46,988 nucleotides of DNA from Chloroflexota bacterium (lineage in GTDB: Bacteria; Chloroflexota; Limnocylindria; Limnocylindrales; CSP1-4). The translations under genes were made by a program, and so were the position numbers. Shown here in pieces: positions 17,404 through 25,388 of this stretch (the first letter of the stretch is position 1; the number at the start of each line of letters is the position of its first letter). Under the pieces are notes generated by a model. The model did no database searches. It worked only from the letters and a program-made list of their open reading frames with translations, and was not told the DNA's origin. Location of the stretch: the NCBI GenBank assembly GCA_043743315.1, contig JAYTWS010000009.1, forward strand, positions 1-46,988, given 5' to 3'.

Positions 17404-17493
17404 CCGTATCCCGCTCCTTCTCGCTCATCGGCGTGCGAGGATTGTGCATCGTCCCGACCCGAGCCGTGGGCCGGTCATCGAACGCCTCGGTCC

Positions 17494-17522
17494 TTGACGC
17501 AGCGCGGCGCCCGGTTCAGCAT
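17494..17522 (+). promoter_or_regulatory. candidate sigma-70-type promoter for the plus-strand cNBD-cyclase operon
   Basis: TTGACG (17494-17499), a 17-nt spacer, then CAGCAT (17517-17522), about 30 nt upstream of GGAGAG + ATG 17551. Sequence pattern only. Confidence 0.3.
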
Positions 17523-17550
17523 CCTCGGCGAACCCACCAGGAGAGATGTG

Positions 17551-17979
17551 ATGTCACTGTCCAGCGGTAATCGATCCGCGCTCCTCGGTGCCTGTCTCCT
17601 GTTCAAGGGGGTCGGGAGCGAGGGCCTCACGACGCTTGCCGGGGCGGCCACGGAGGTGTCATTTCCGAGCGGGCATGTTATTGCCCGTCAGGGCGAGATC
17701 GGAACCGGGTTCTTCGTCGTCGTCGAAGGCGCCGTTCGCGTCGTTCGCGACGGGAAGGTCCTCGCCCATCTCGGTCCCGGCGACTTCTTCGGCGAGTTAT
17801 CGGTGCTCGACGGGCGGCCGCGGAACGCGATGGTCAGCGCCGAGTCGCCGACGACCTGTCTGGCCATCGCCTCATGGGACTTCGAGGCAGCCCTGCTCGC
17901 GAACCCGTCCGTGACCCTCGCCATCCTCCGCGGCGTGGCCGCTCGCCTGCGCGAAGCGACGGACGCCGCCCGACACTGA
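17551..17979 (+). CDS. stand-alone cyclic-nucleotide-binding domain protein (canonical cassette)
   Basis: ATG 17551 lies 6 nt after GGAGAG; the ORF-track start 17494 is a TTG. FKGVGSEGL...GHVIARQGEIGTGFFVVVEGAVRVVRDGKVLAHLGPGDFFGELSVLDGRPRNAMVSA. 142 aa, no output domain. Confidence 0.85.
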   Translation: MSLSSGNRSALLGACLLFKGVGSEGLTTLAGAATEVSFPSGHVIARQGEIGTGFFVVVEGAVRVVRDGKVLAHLGPGDFFGELSVLDGRPRNAMVSAESPTTCLAIASWDFEAALLANPSVTLAILRGVAARLREATDAARH

Positions 17980-18004
17980 TGAACGCCTGCCCAGTGCCGA
18001 CCGG

Positions 18005-20764
18005 ATGAACCAGCGGGCGTCTGCGGCCGAACCCGGACCGGGCGAGACCCGGGCGTTCCTGTTCTCGGATATCGAGGGCTCGACGCGCCTCGAGCAGTCG
18101 GTCGGGACCGCGGTGTATGCCCAGCTTCGGGAGCGGCATCGCGCCCTGGTTCGGGCCGCCCTCGCCGCCCACGGCGGGAGCGAGCAGGGGACCGAGGGCG
18201 ACTCGTTCTTCATCGTCTTTTCGACCGCGATCCAGGCACTCCACGCGGCCCTTGACGCCCAGCGCGCGCTGGCAGCCGAGCGGTGGCCGGATGGCGGCAC
18301 GGTCCGGGTGCGGATGGGGATCAACGCCGGGACTGCGACGCTCGCTGGCGGCAGCCTCGTCGGGCTGGCCATCAACCGCGCGGCTCGGATCGCGAGTGTC
18401 GCCCATGGAGGCCAGGTGCTCGCCTCGGAATCCGTCCGTCTTCTCGGCGCCGACGGCCTCCCGGATGGCGTATCCCTCCTCGACCTCGGCGCGCATCGTC
18501 TGAAGGACCTCCTGGAGCCCGAGCACCTCTACCAGCTGGTGGCTCCGGGCCTGGCCGCAACCTTCCCGCCCCTAGCCACCTTGGACGCCCATCCGAACAA
18601 CCTTCCGACCCAGCTGACGTCCTTCGTCGGGCGCGAGGACGAGCTCGCCCGGGCCGGTGCCCTCCTCGCGAACAACCGGCTCGTGACGCTGACCGGACCG
18701 GGCGGCACCGGCAAGACCCGGCTGTCGCTCCAGGTCGCCGCCGCGGCCGCCGCCGAGTATCCGGACGGTGTCTTCTTCGTGCCGCTGGAAACGGTCCGGG
18801 ATCCCGCCCTGGTCGCGTCGCGGATCGGGTCGGACATCGGGCTCGCCGAGACCGGCGGACGGAGCGGCCTCGAGGTGCTCGTCGAGTGGCTCGCGGGCAA
18901 GCGGGTCCTGCTCGTGCTCGACAACTTCGAGCAGGTCGTCGATGCCGGCCCCATCGTTGCAGACCTCCTTCGTGGCGCGACCGGGCTGACCATCCTCGCG
19001 ACATCCCGAGCGCCGATGCGGGTGTCCGGCGAGCAGGAGTATCCGGTCCCGGGCCTGCCGGTGCCGCCTGATCCGGGCACCCGAAGCGGATACGATCAGG
19101 TCCGGATGGCCGGCGGCGGTGCCATCGATCTGGAGCACCTTGCGACCTACGAGGCGGTGCGCCTGTTCGTCGCCCGGGCCGTTGCGGTCCGCCCGGACTT
19201 TGCCGTCACCAACGCGAATGCCCCGGCCGTGGCTGCGATCTGCGCGCGGCTCCAGGGCATGCCCCTGGCCATCGAACTTGCCGCAGCGAGGATCAAGCTG
19301 CTCAGCCCGGATGCGATCCTCGTCCGGCTCGAGCATCAGCTCACCCTGCTGGCAGCCGGGGCTCGCGAATTGCCCGCGCGGCAGCAGACCCTTCGCGGGG
19401 CCATCGCCTGGAGCTACGAGATCCTCGACGCGGCCGACCGGCTGCTCCTCGATCGCCTCTCGGTCTTCGAAGGAGGGTTCGGCCTCGATGCGGCCGAGGT
19501 CATCGGTGCGCAGGCGGGGGAACCTGCCGGCGACATCCTCGATGGCCTCGTGGCGCTCGCCGACCAGAGCCTGCTCCGCTCCGTCGATGCGGATCCACCC
19601 CGCTTCGTCATGCTCGAGACCATTCGCGAGTTCGCGGCGGAGATGCTGGACCAGCGATCCGAGGCCGCGGCCGTCCGGTCTCGCCACACGCGTTGGTATC
19701 TCGATCTCGTGGAGGCAGCCGCGCCACAGTTGTCCGGACCGGACCAGCGTGCGGTCCTCGAACGCCTCGAACTGGAGCACGACAACATCCGTGCCGTCCT
19801 GGACCGTGCGCCACTCGCCGGCGACGGCGCCTCGGCCATCCGCGTCGGATTCGCCATGTGGCGGTTCTGGCAGAAGCGCGGTCACCTGTACGAGGCCCGT
19901 CGCCGGCTGGAAAGCATGGCTGCAGCCGGCTGGTCGCACGACGACCCGGTGCTTCGAGCTCGGCTGATGGAGGGACTGGGCGGCGTGTGCTGGTGGCAGG
20001 CCGACATCACGAAGATGAAGACTGCGTACGAGGAAGCCCTGGCCGTCTGGCGGGCCAAGGGCGACAAGACCGAGCTGGCGAACGCCCTCTACAACTACTC
20101 CTTCGCGTTCGCGGTGAGCCCGGATCCGGGGGTGGGCCCGAAGGAGGCGGATCCCGAGGGCATCGGCGCACGGGCCCAGGCCGAAGCGCTGGCCCTGTAC
20201 GAGGAGATCGGCGACCTCCGCGGGCAGGCGAACGCGCTCTGGGCGATCGGCAACCGGGCCTACTTCCGCGAGGAGGATGGGAACGGCCGGGCAGATTTCA
20301 CCAGCGCGCTCGAACGGTTCCGCCAGGTCGGCGACGTCACGATGGCGGCGTGGTCCCTGCACATGCTCGGGAGCGCCGTGCTTCGTCTCGGCGAGCGCGA
20401 TGCGTCGCGCTCGATTCTCCTCGAGGCACTCCGCAACTTCTACGACGCGAGCGATGCCTCGGGCCTGGCCCTGGTCTTCGATGACCTGTCTTCTCAGGCC
20501 GTGGCCGACGAAGACCTTCCGCGGGCGGCGCGGCTCCACGGGGCCGCACGACGGCTGACCGCGGCGACCGGCGCCGCGCTTGCCGGGTTCGTGGACGAGA
20601 AGCTCGAGTCCTTCGGCCGACCGAGTGTTGCGGCCCGGCTCACGCGCGAGGAGATGGCCCGCTACACGGCCGAGGGACAGGCGATGACAATGGACGAGTC
20701 GGTCGCCTATGCGCTCGGAATCGCCACCGAGGAGCTCGCGCCGTCAGCACGCGCGGCCGGTTGA
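18005..20764 (+). CDS. class III adenylate/guanylate cyclase - P-loop STAND-type NTPase - TPR protein
   Basis: Cyclase motifs FLFSDIEGSTRL, GDSFFIVF, VRMGINAG and LAINRAARIA. Walker A GPGGTGKT (18695-18718) and Walker B-like LLVLDNFEQV. The C-terminal half has helical TPR-like repeats (ALYNYSFAF..., ALWAIGNRAY..., AAWSLHMLG...). No C-terminal HTH recognised. Confidence 0.85.
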   Translation: MNQRASAAEPGPGETRAFLFSDIEGSTRLEQSVGTAVYAQLRERHRALVRAALAAHGGSEQGTEGDSFFIVFSTAIQALHAALDAQRALAAERWPDGGTVRVRMGINAGTATLAGGSLVGLAINRAARIASVAHGGQVLASESVRLLGADGLPDGVSLLDLGAHRLKDLLEPEHLYQLVAPGLAATFPPLATLDAHPNNLPTQLTSFVGREDELARAGALLANNRLVTLTGPGGTGKTRLSLQVAAAAAAEYPDGVFFVPLETVRDPALVASRIGSDIGLAETGGRSGLEVLVEWLAGKRVLLVLDNFEQVVDAGPIVADLLRGATGLTILATSRAPMRVSGEQEYPVPGLPVPPDPGTRSGYDQVRMAGGGAIDLEHLATYEAVRLFVARAVAVRPDFAVTNANAPAVAAICARLQGMPLAIELAAARIKLLSPDAILVRLEHQLTLLAAGARELPARQQTLRGAIAWSYEILDAADRLLLDRLSVFEGGFGLDAAEVIGAQAGEPAGDILDGLVALADQSLLRSVDADPPRFVMLETIREFAAEMLDQRSEAAAVRSRHTRWYLDLVEAAAPQLSGPDQRAVLERLELEHDNIRAVLDRAPLAGDGASAIRVGFAMWRFWQKRGHLYEARRRLESMAAAGWSHDDPVLRARLMEGLGGVCWWQADITKMKTAYEEALAVWRAKGDKTELANALYNYSFAFAVSPDPGVGPKEADPEGIGARAQAEALALYEEIGDLRGQANALWAIGNRAYFREEDGNGRADFTSALERFRQVGDVTMAAWSLHMLGSAVLRLGERDASRSILLEALRNFYDASDASGLALVFDDLSSQAVADEDLPRAARLHGAARRLTAATGAALAGFVDEKLESFGRPSVAARLTREEMARYTAEGQAMTMDESVAYALGIATEELAPSARAAG

Positions 20765-20827
20765 TCTGACGAAGATGAACGCCATGTCGTTCGCCGCCCT
20801 CGACCCGCCTGCCCCAGGAGGATCCTG

Positions 20828-21262
20828 ATGACCAGCTCGCCCGTCGCTCCGATACAGCTCACCGTTCGAACGCCGGCGGACGTCGAGCGGGCATGGGAAT
20901 ACCTGGTTGATCCGACGCGCGTCGCGGAGTGGTTCACCGATGCCAGCCCACTCGGCGCCGTCGGCGACGTGTACCGGCTGGACTTCGGCGAGGGCAGTGT
21001 CGTGGAGGGATTGATCGTCAGTCATGATCCCAGGCGCAGCTTCGCGTACCGCTGGGCGTGGATCGATGCCGAGCCACGCCAGGAGACGCTGGTCAGCTGG
21101 ACGATTCGGCCGGTGGATTCGGGTGGGGCCGAAATCGAGCTCCGTCATGACGGCTGGGATGAGGCCGGCGCAGACAGCGCCCAGCGAGATGACCACGAGG
21201 CCTATTGGTCAGGCTATCTGGACGACCTCACCGATCTCCTCGAGGAAGTCGCCGGCTCGTGA
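20828..21262 (+). CDS. SRPBCC / AHSA1-like (Aha1 C-terminal fold) protein
   Basis: AGGAGG lies 6 nt before the ATG. 144 aa with VERAWEYLVDPTRVAEWFTD...ELRHDGW, typical of activator-of-Hsp90-ATPase-homolog-like START-fold proteins. Confidence 0.75.
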   Translation: MTSSPVAPIQLTVRTPADVERAWEYLVDPTRVAEWFTDASPLGAVGDVYRLDFGEGSVVEGLIVSHDPRRSFAYRWAWIDAEPRQETLVSWTIRPVDSGGAEIELRHDGWDEAGADSAQRDDHEAYWSGYLDDLTDLLEEVAGS

Positions 21263-21350
21263 CCGTATCGCCAGAGCTTCGGCGGGCACGGCGCCTGCCG
21301 CGCCTGATCGGCAATCGGCGTCGGAGCCGATGACGGACTAGACTCAACCC

Positions 21351-22208
21351 ATGACCGCCGAAGCGTCCGCGCGCGAGAAGACCGGCATCCCCAGGAACCC
21401 GGGGCGTGCTGAACTCGGGATGAAGGCGACCCTGCTCTTCCCGAACCGGGACATCGTCGAGCAGTACTACGTGCCACTCATCTACACGGCCTGCCGGACC
21501 TGCTACTCCGAGCTCCCGCCGGAGGAGATCTTCCGCCGCGCTGTTGACGGCGAGATCGAGGTCGCCAAGATGCAACGGCTGATCAACGGCGTCATCGAGT
21601 CCGGCCACGGCAGCACGATCGAGCATATCGTCTTCACGTTCGGGATCAGCGGCGTGTCGCGGACCCTGTCACACCAGCTGGTTCGACACCGCGCCGGCGT
21701 CGCGTTCGACCAGCAGAGCCAGCGCTACGTGACCTACAAGCAGGCCGCGACGATGCTCCCGCACTCGATCGCCGGGGCCGATCCGGAGATCCGGGCGCGC
21801 TACGAGGATCAGATCGAGAGCTCGATGGAGCTGTATGGCGACCTGGTCGGAGCGGGCATTCCAGGGGAAGACGCCCGGTTCGTCTTCCCGAACGGCACCC
21901 GGACCAACCTCGTGATGACCACGAACCTTCGGGCGCTGATCCACATGTCCGGCCTGCGGCTGTGCACGATGGCCCAGTGGGAGATCCGCCGGCTATTCCA
22001 GTTGATCCGCCACGAGATCTTCAGCGTGAGCCCGTTCCTCGGCTCGTTCCTGGCCCCGAAATGCGTCGCCCTCGGGTACTGCGACGAGATGAACAACCGG
22101 GACGAGCACTGCCCCATCCGCCCGCACAAGGATCGCGTGCTCGAAGCCTGGGCCGACAAGGCCAGGGCCGCGCGAGCAGCAGGACGCGAGCTGCCGGTCC
22201 AGTCGTGA
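21351..22208 (+). CDS. thyX: FAD-dependent thymidylate synthase
   Basis: ThyX signature SHQLVRHRAGVAFDQQSQRY (RHR...S.R), preceded by ESGHGSTIEHIVFTF. The start could be ATG 21351 or ATG 21420. Confidence 0.85.
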   Translation: MTAEASAREKTGIPRNPGRAELGMKATLLFPNRDIVEQYYVPLIYTACRTCYSELPPEEIFRRAVDGEIEVAKMQRLINGVIESGHGSTIEHIVFTFGISGVSRTLSHQLVRHRAGVAFDQQSQRYVTYKQAATMLPHSIAGADPEIRARYEDQIESSMELYGDLVGAGIPGEDARFVFPNGTRTNLVMTTNLRALIHMSGLRLCTMAQWEIRRLFQLIRHEIFSVSPFLGSFLAPKCVALGYCDEMNNRDEHCPIRPHKDRVLEAWADKARAARAAGRELPVQS

Positions 22209-22882
22209 GGATCCGGCTCCAGTTCGACCGGATCGCACCGGGCGTGGAGATCGGCCCGCACCGCCACGGCGTCGAGACCGTCGTGTACATCGCGGGCGGA
22301 GAGCTCGTATTCGAACATGGCGAGACCCTCGAGCGGCGGGCCGTTGTCCGGTCCGGCGACGTCCTGTACGAAGCGCCAGCCGAGCATCATCGGATCCGCA
22401 ATGAGGGGACCACCGATGCCCTTGCCCTGCTCGCCTCCACGGATCCGGATCCGCGTCGGATCGGGACGATGCTCCGGCGCTGGGAGTCGGATGCCGAGCC
22501 GGTTCGTCGAGGAGCTGACGCCTTTGTCGCCGAAGCGGGCGGCTTCCGACGGCGACGCATCGTGGGGCCGGGCGACTTCGACTCCGCCGCGTTCACCGTG
22601 ACCGAGGTCGAGGTGACCCCCGGATCGGTCGACGAGTGGCACCGTCATCCACGGGCCGAGCACGCCATCGTCGTGTTCGAGGGCCGTGGGCTCGTGACGG
22701 TCGGCGACGAAACCGAGACGCTCGAACCGCTCAAGGGCATCCGGGTCGAGGATGGACGACCACACCGCGTGCAGAACACGGGCCGAACGACCCTTCGGTA
22801 CTACGTCTGCTCGTCACCCGGGATCGATCCACTCTCCGATCGCGAGACCGCCGAGGCGCCCCGGCGCCGGACCGACGCTTAG
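22205..22882 (+). CDS. bicupin-domain protein
   Basis: GTG 22205 overlaps the thyX stop (GTGA). Two cupin motifs: GPHRHGVETVVYIAGGE...PAEHHRIRN and DEWHRHPRAEHAIVVFEGRG...PHRVQN. The upstream part of ORF 21962..22882 overlaps thyX and is discarded. Confidence 0.75.
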   Translation: MRIRLQFDRIAPGVEIGPHRHGVETVVYIAGGELVFEHGETLERRAVVRSGDVLYEAPAEHHRIRNEGTTDALALLASTDPDPRRIGTMLRRWESDAEPVRRGADAFVAEAGGFRRRRIVGPGDFDSAAFTVTEVEVTPGSVDEWHRHPRAEHAIVVFEGRGLVTVGDETETLEPLKGIRVEDGRPHRVQNTGRTTLRYYVCSSPGIDPLSDRETAEAPRRRTDA

Positions 22883-23772
22883 GCGGGCCGCATGTCCAGG
22901 TCCGCGACGAACCGCCGGATCACGCGGGCGAGGCGCGGGCCCGATGTCAAGCCGGCCTCCAGGACCTCGGCGTGGGTGAGTGGCGCTCCGGAATAGCCGG
23001 CACCGGCATTGCTGACGAGCGAGACGCCGACGACCTCGAGCCCGGCCCAGCGAGCTGCGATCGCCTCAAGCACGGTCGACATGCCGACGGCGTGCCCACC
23101 CATCGCCGCGAGCATCCGCACCTCGGCCGGGGTCTCGTAGTTCGGGCCGGTCAGCCCCACGTAGATCCCGTCGGCGAGCGTCACGCCCTCGGCATCGGCC
23201 GCATCGTGGAGACGTGCCCGAAGCCCCCGGTTCCAGGCTTCGGTCAGGTCGGGGAAGCGCGGCCCGATCGCATCGTCATTCGAGCCGATCAACGGATTGA
23301 GGCCGGTCAGGTTGATGTGGTCCGAGATCGCCATGAGCGTCCCCGGGCCGAACGCGGGATCGAGGCCGCCGGCGGCGTTGGTGAGGACGACGACTGACGC
23401 CCCGAGGCGCTTGAACAGCAGGACGGGTTGCACGACGAGGCCCGGATCGTTGCCCTCATACAGGTGAAACCGGCCCTGGAGCATCACCACGGGTCGACCC
23501 GCAAGCCGCCCCAGGATCAGCCGCCCGACATGTCCGGGGGCCGTGGCGGCAGGCCAGCCCGGTAGCTCTGAAAACGGGATGGCCACCGCATCATCCAGGT
23601 CGTCGGCGAGTTCGCCGAGCCCGGAACCGAGCACGATGCCGACGCCGGGGACCAGGGCCGAGCGCGCGCGCACGGCAGACTCAAGGGCATCGATGCGCCG
23701 CCGCTGATCGGCCGGCCGGATCCGGCCCGTGGGATCGGTCACGGGATGCGCATGCCCGCGCGGACCCTCCAA
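22879..23772 (-). CDS. punA: purine nucleoside phosphorylase (trimeric PNP family)
   Basis: GIVLGSGLG, GRFHLYEGN, VLTNAAGG, VGMSTVLE. The start is uncertain: the ORF-track start 23772 is a TTG, and GTG 23742 is an alternative. Confidence 0.85.
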   Translation of the reverse strand: MEGPRGHAHPVTDPTGRIRPADQRRRIDALESAVRARSALVPGVGIVLGSGLGELADDLDDAVAIPFSELPGWPAATAPGHVGRLILGRLAGRPVVMLQGRFHLYEGNDPGLVVQPVLLFKRLGASVVVLTNAAGGLDPAFGPGTLMAISDHINLTGLNPLIGSNDDAIGPRFPDLTEAWNRGLRARLHDAADAEGVTLADGIYVGLTGPNYETPAEVRMLAAMGGHAVGMSTVLEAIAARWAGLEVVGVSLVSNAGAGYSGAPLTHAEVLEAGLTSGPRLARVIRRFVADLDMRPA

Positions 23773-24031
23773 GGGACGTCCAGGGGGTGACGAGCGGGGC
23801 CCGCGAGCTTCCGGCGCCCGAATGAAGTACCGACACCGGGATGCCGGTCGCGCCCAATCGGGCGGCTGACCCGGGGACGGACGCAGAGGCCAATCGCGAC
23901 CGGGTACTGAAGCGCCCGAAGCGACCGGTCCGAAACGTGGTCCCCTTGATGCAATCGCGGATCCCTCGTCACTTGACGGCCCCTTCGGGCAAGACCGAAT
24001 CTACCCGCCACCGGGAGGTCGAGCAACGGGT

Positions 24032-24107
24032 TTATCCACGAACTCGCTGCGGGCGGGGTCGGGCGCGTCCACGAAGTTCTCAACGCCTGTTGATCAACGG
24101 TGGATAA
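24032..24107. promoter_or_regulatory. cluster of DnaA-box-like sites around a 10-bp palindrome
   Basis: TTATCCACG on plus (24032-24040), weaker GCGTCCACG (24065-24073), perfect palindrome GTTGATCAAC (24089-24098), and GGTGGATAA (reverse complement TTATCCACC, 24099-24107). It lies in a 352-nt gap with poor third-position GC. Confidence 0.4.
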
Positions 24108-24124
24108 CCGGCTCGGGCCCAGGG

Positions 24125-25201
24125 TCATCCGCCGACCGCGAACATCTCGATCCGCGGGAGGTGACTCGTCGCGCTCGTCCGCGATTCGGAGTACCGATCG
24201 GCCCGGGTCGACCAGACACCCTCCAGGACGGAGCGGAGATCGGCATCCGAGGCCCCCGAACGAAGCGGACCGCGCAGGTCGGTGCCGCGGGCGCTGAACA
24301 GGCACGTGTACAACGTTCCGTCCGCGGACAGGCGCGCCCTCGTGCAGTCGCCGCAGAACGGTTGGGTCACCGACGCGATGACCCCGATCTCGCCTGATCC
24401 GTCGCGGTACCGCCAGCGTCCGGCCACCTCGCCGCGATAGTTCGGATCGACCGGTTCGAGCGGCATCTCGGCGTCGATTGCCCCGATGATCTCGTCGGCG
24501 GACACGACGTCATCGAGCCGCCAGCCGTTGGTGGTTCCGACATCCATGTACTCGATGTAGCGGAGCACGAGGCCTTCGTCACGGGCCCAGCGCGCCATCG
24601 GCACGATGCTGGCCTCGTTCTCACCGCGCTTCACGACCATGTTCACTTTGATCGGGGCGAGCCCCGCGGCGCGCGCGGCGTCGATGCCGTCGAGGACGCG
24701 GGTCACCGGGAAGTCGACCCCGTTCATCCGCCGGAACGTGGCATCGTCCAGCGAGTCGAGCGAGACCGTGATTCGGTTCAGGCCGGCACCTGCCAGAGGG
24801 ACGGCAAGTGGGCCAAGCGCCGAGGCATTCGTGGTCAAGGTCAGGTCAACCGGGTCGCCATCCGGCGTGCGCAGCTCAGCGAGCAGGGCGATGAGGTCAG
24901 GGAGCGCCTTGCGAATGAGTGGCTCGCCGCCGGTGATTCGCAGCTTCTGGACGCCGAGGTCGACGGCGATGGCCGCCAGCCGGACGATCTCCTCGTAGGT
25001 CAGCACGTCCGCATGTGGAAGGAAGGCATAGTCCCGTCCGAAGACCTCGGCCGGCATGCAATACGTGCATCGAAAGTTGCACCGATCCGTCACCGAGATC
25101 CGGAGGTCGCGCAGGGCTCGACCCCGCGTGTCGAGCAGCCCGGGTCGACCGTCGAACGCGGCAGCGGACGGTCGGGTCGACGGGGACGCGTCGGTGTGCA
25201 T
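24125..25201 (-). CDS. moaA: GTP 3',8-cyclase (molybdenum cofactor biosynthesis protein A, radical SAM)
   Basis: Only the last 358 codons of ORF 24125..26365 are used, from ATG 25201. LRISVTDRCNFRCTYCMP (CxxxCxxC), GGEPL, a C-terminal FCGDCTRARLSADG cluster, and a terminal GG. Confidence 0.9.
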   Translation of the reverse strand: MHTDASPSTRPSAAAFDGRPGLLDTRGRALRDLRISVTDRCNFRCTYCMPAEVFGRDYAFLPHADVLTYEEIVRLAAIAVDLGVQKLRITGGEPLIRKALPDLIALLAELRTPDGDPVDLTLTTNASALGPLAVPLAGAGLNRITVSLDSLDDATFRRMNGVDFPVTRVLDGIDAARAAGLAPIKVNMVVKRGENEASIVPMARWARDEGLVLRYIEYMDVGTTNGWRLDDVVSADEIIGAIDAEMPLEPVDPNYRGEVAGRWRYRDGSGEIGVIASVTQPFCGDCTRARLSADGTLYTCLFSARGTDLRGPLRSGASDADLRSVLEGVWSTRADRYSESRTSATSHLPRIEMFAVGG

Positions 25202-25232
25202 GGCGGGGATCGTACGACGCCCGGCTGATCCG

Positions 25233-25331
25233 TGGTGCGCAGGCGCCCTCCCAGGTGCCGGGAACCGCGAGCGAGGGGGGTACCTCTGGACATGCTCGCT
25301 GGTACGACTAGCCGAGTGCCGCTGCGCACCA
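25233..25331 (-). promoter_or_regulatory. structured 5' leader of moaA closed by a 10-bp long-range helix (riboswitch candidate)
   Basis: TGGTGCGCAG (25233-25242) is the exact reverse complement of CTGCGCACCA (25322-25331). The 79 nt between them contain further complementary segments (AGCGAG/CTCGCT). The 3' arm ends 31 nt before the moaA ATG. Confidence 0.35.
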
Positions 25332-25388
25332 TGCCGGGCACGATGCACCCATCCACAGGCCCATACCCACTGTGAGGACTTCGCGATC

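Noticed and set aside
17547-17557. CRP/FNR-type site TGTGA-TG-TCAC overlapping the cNBD start codon.
   Set aside because: The half-sites are separated by 2 nt rather than 6 and lie on the start codon, so this is most likely coincidental.
18572-20539. Very long alternative-frame or antisense ORFs. Examples: 18572..20539 (-), 883..2028 (-), 1826..2896 (+), 7541..8869 (+), 32022..34256 (+), 36617..38302 (+), 43031..45334 (+), 39591..40613 (+), 15702..16739 (-).
   Set aside because: They are Arg/Pro/Gly/Ser-rich with no motifs, and each overlaps a gene on another frame or strand that has clear family signatures. This is typical open-frame noise in high-GC DNA.
16981-20764. Pycsar/CBASS-like antiphage system (cyclase plus cNMP-binding effectors).
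   Set aside because: The cNBD proteins carry no TM, TIR or nuclease killing domain. The cyclase is embedded in a housekeeping-type actinobacterial STAND/TPR architecture. No other defence genes flank it. I retained it only as an open question in the finding.
23841-24107. 88-aa ORF inside the moaA-punA gap.
   Set aside because: Roughly a third of its codons end in A or T, unlike every credible gene here. It has no SD and no motif, so I treated the region as non-coding.
24032-24107. Calling the DnaA-box cluster a chromosomal origin (oriC).
   Set aside because: There is no dnaA/dnaN or other origin-linked gene nearby, no evident AT-rich unwinding element, and gene orientation does not switch around this point. 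I kept it only as a DnaA-binding candidate.
23773-24124. RNase P RNA, tmRNA, SRP RNA or a purine-type riboswitch in the 352-nt gap.
   Set aside because: Checked by eye on both strands:
- no GAGGAAAGUCC / ACAGAA..CGGCUUA (RNase P)
- no GGUUCGA.UCC T-loop or tag ORF (tmRNA)
- the segment CCCGCCACCGGGAGGUCGAGCAACGG only loosely resembles SRP helix 8 and lacks the 5' AGG of the symmetric loop
- no guanine-riboswitch core

A covariance-model search is still needed.
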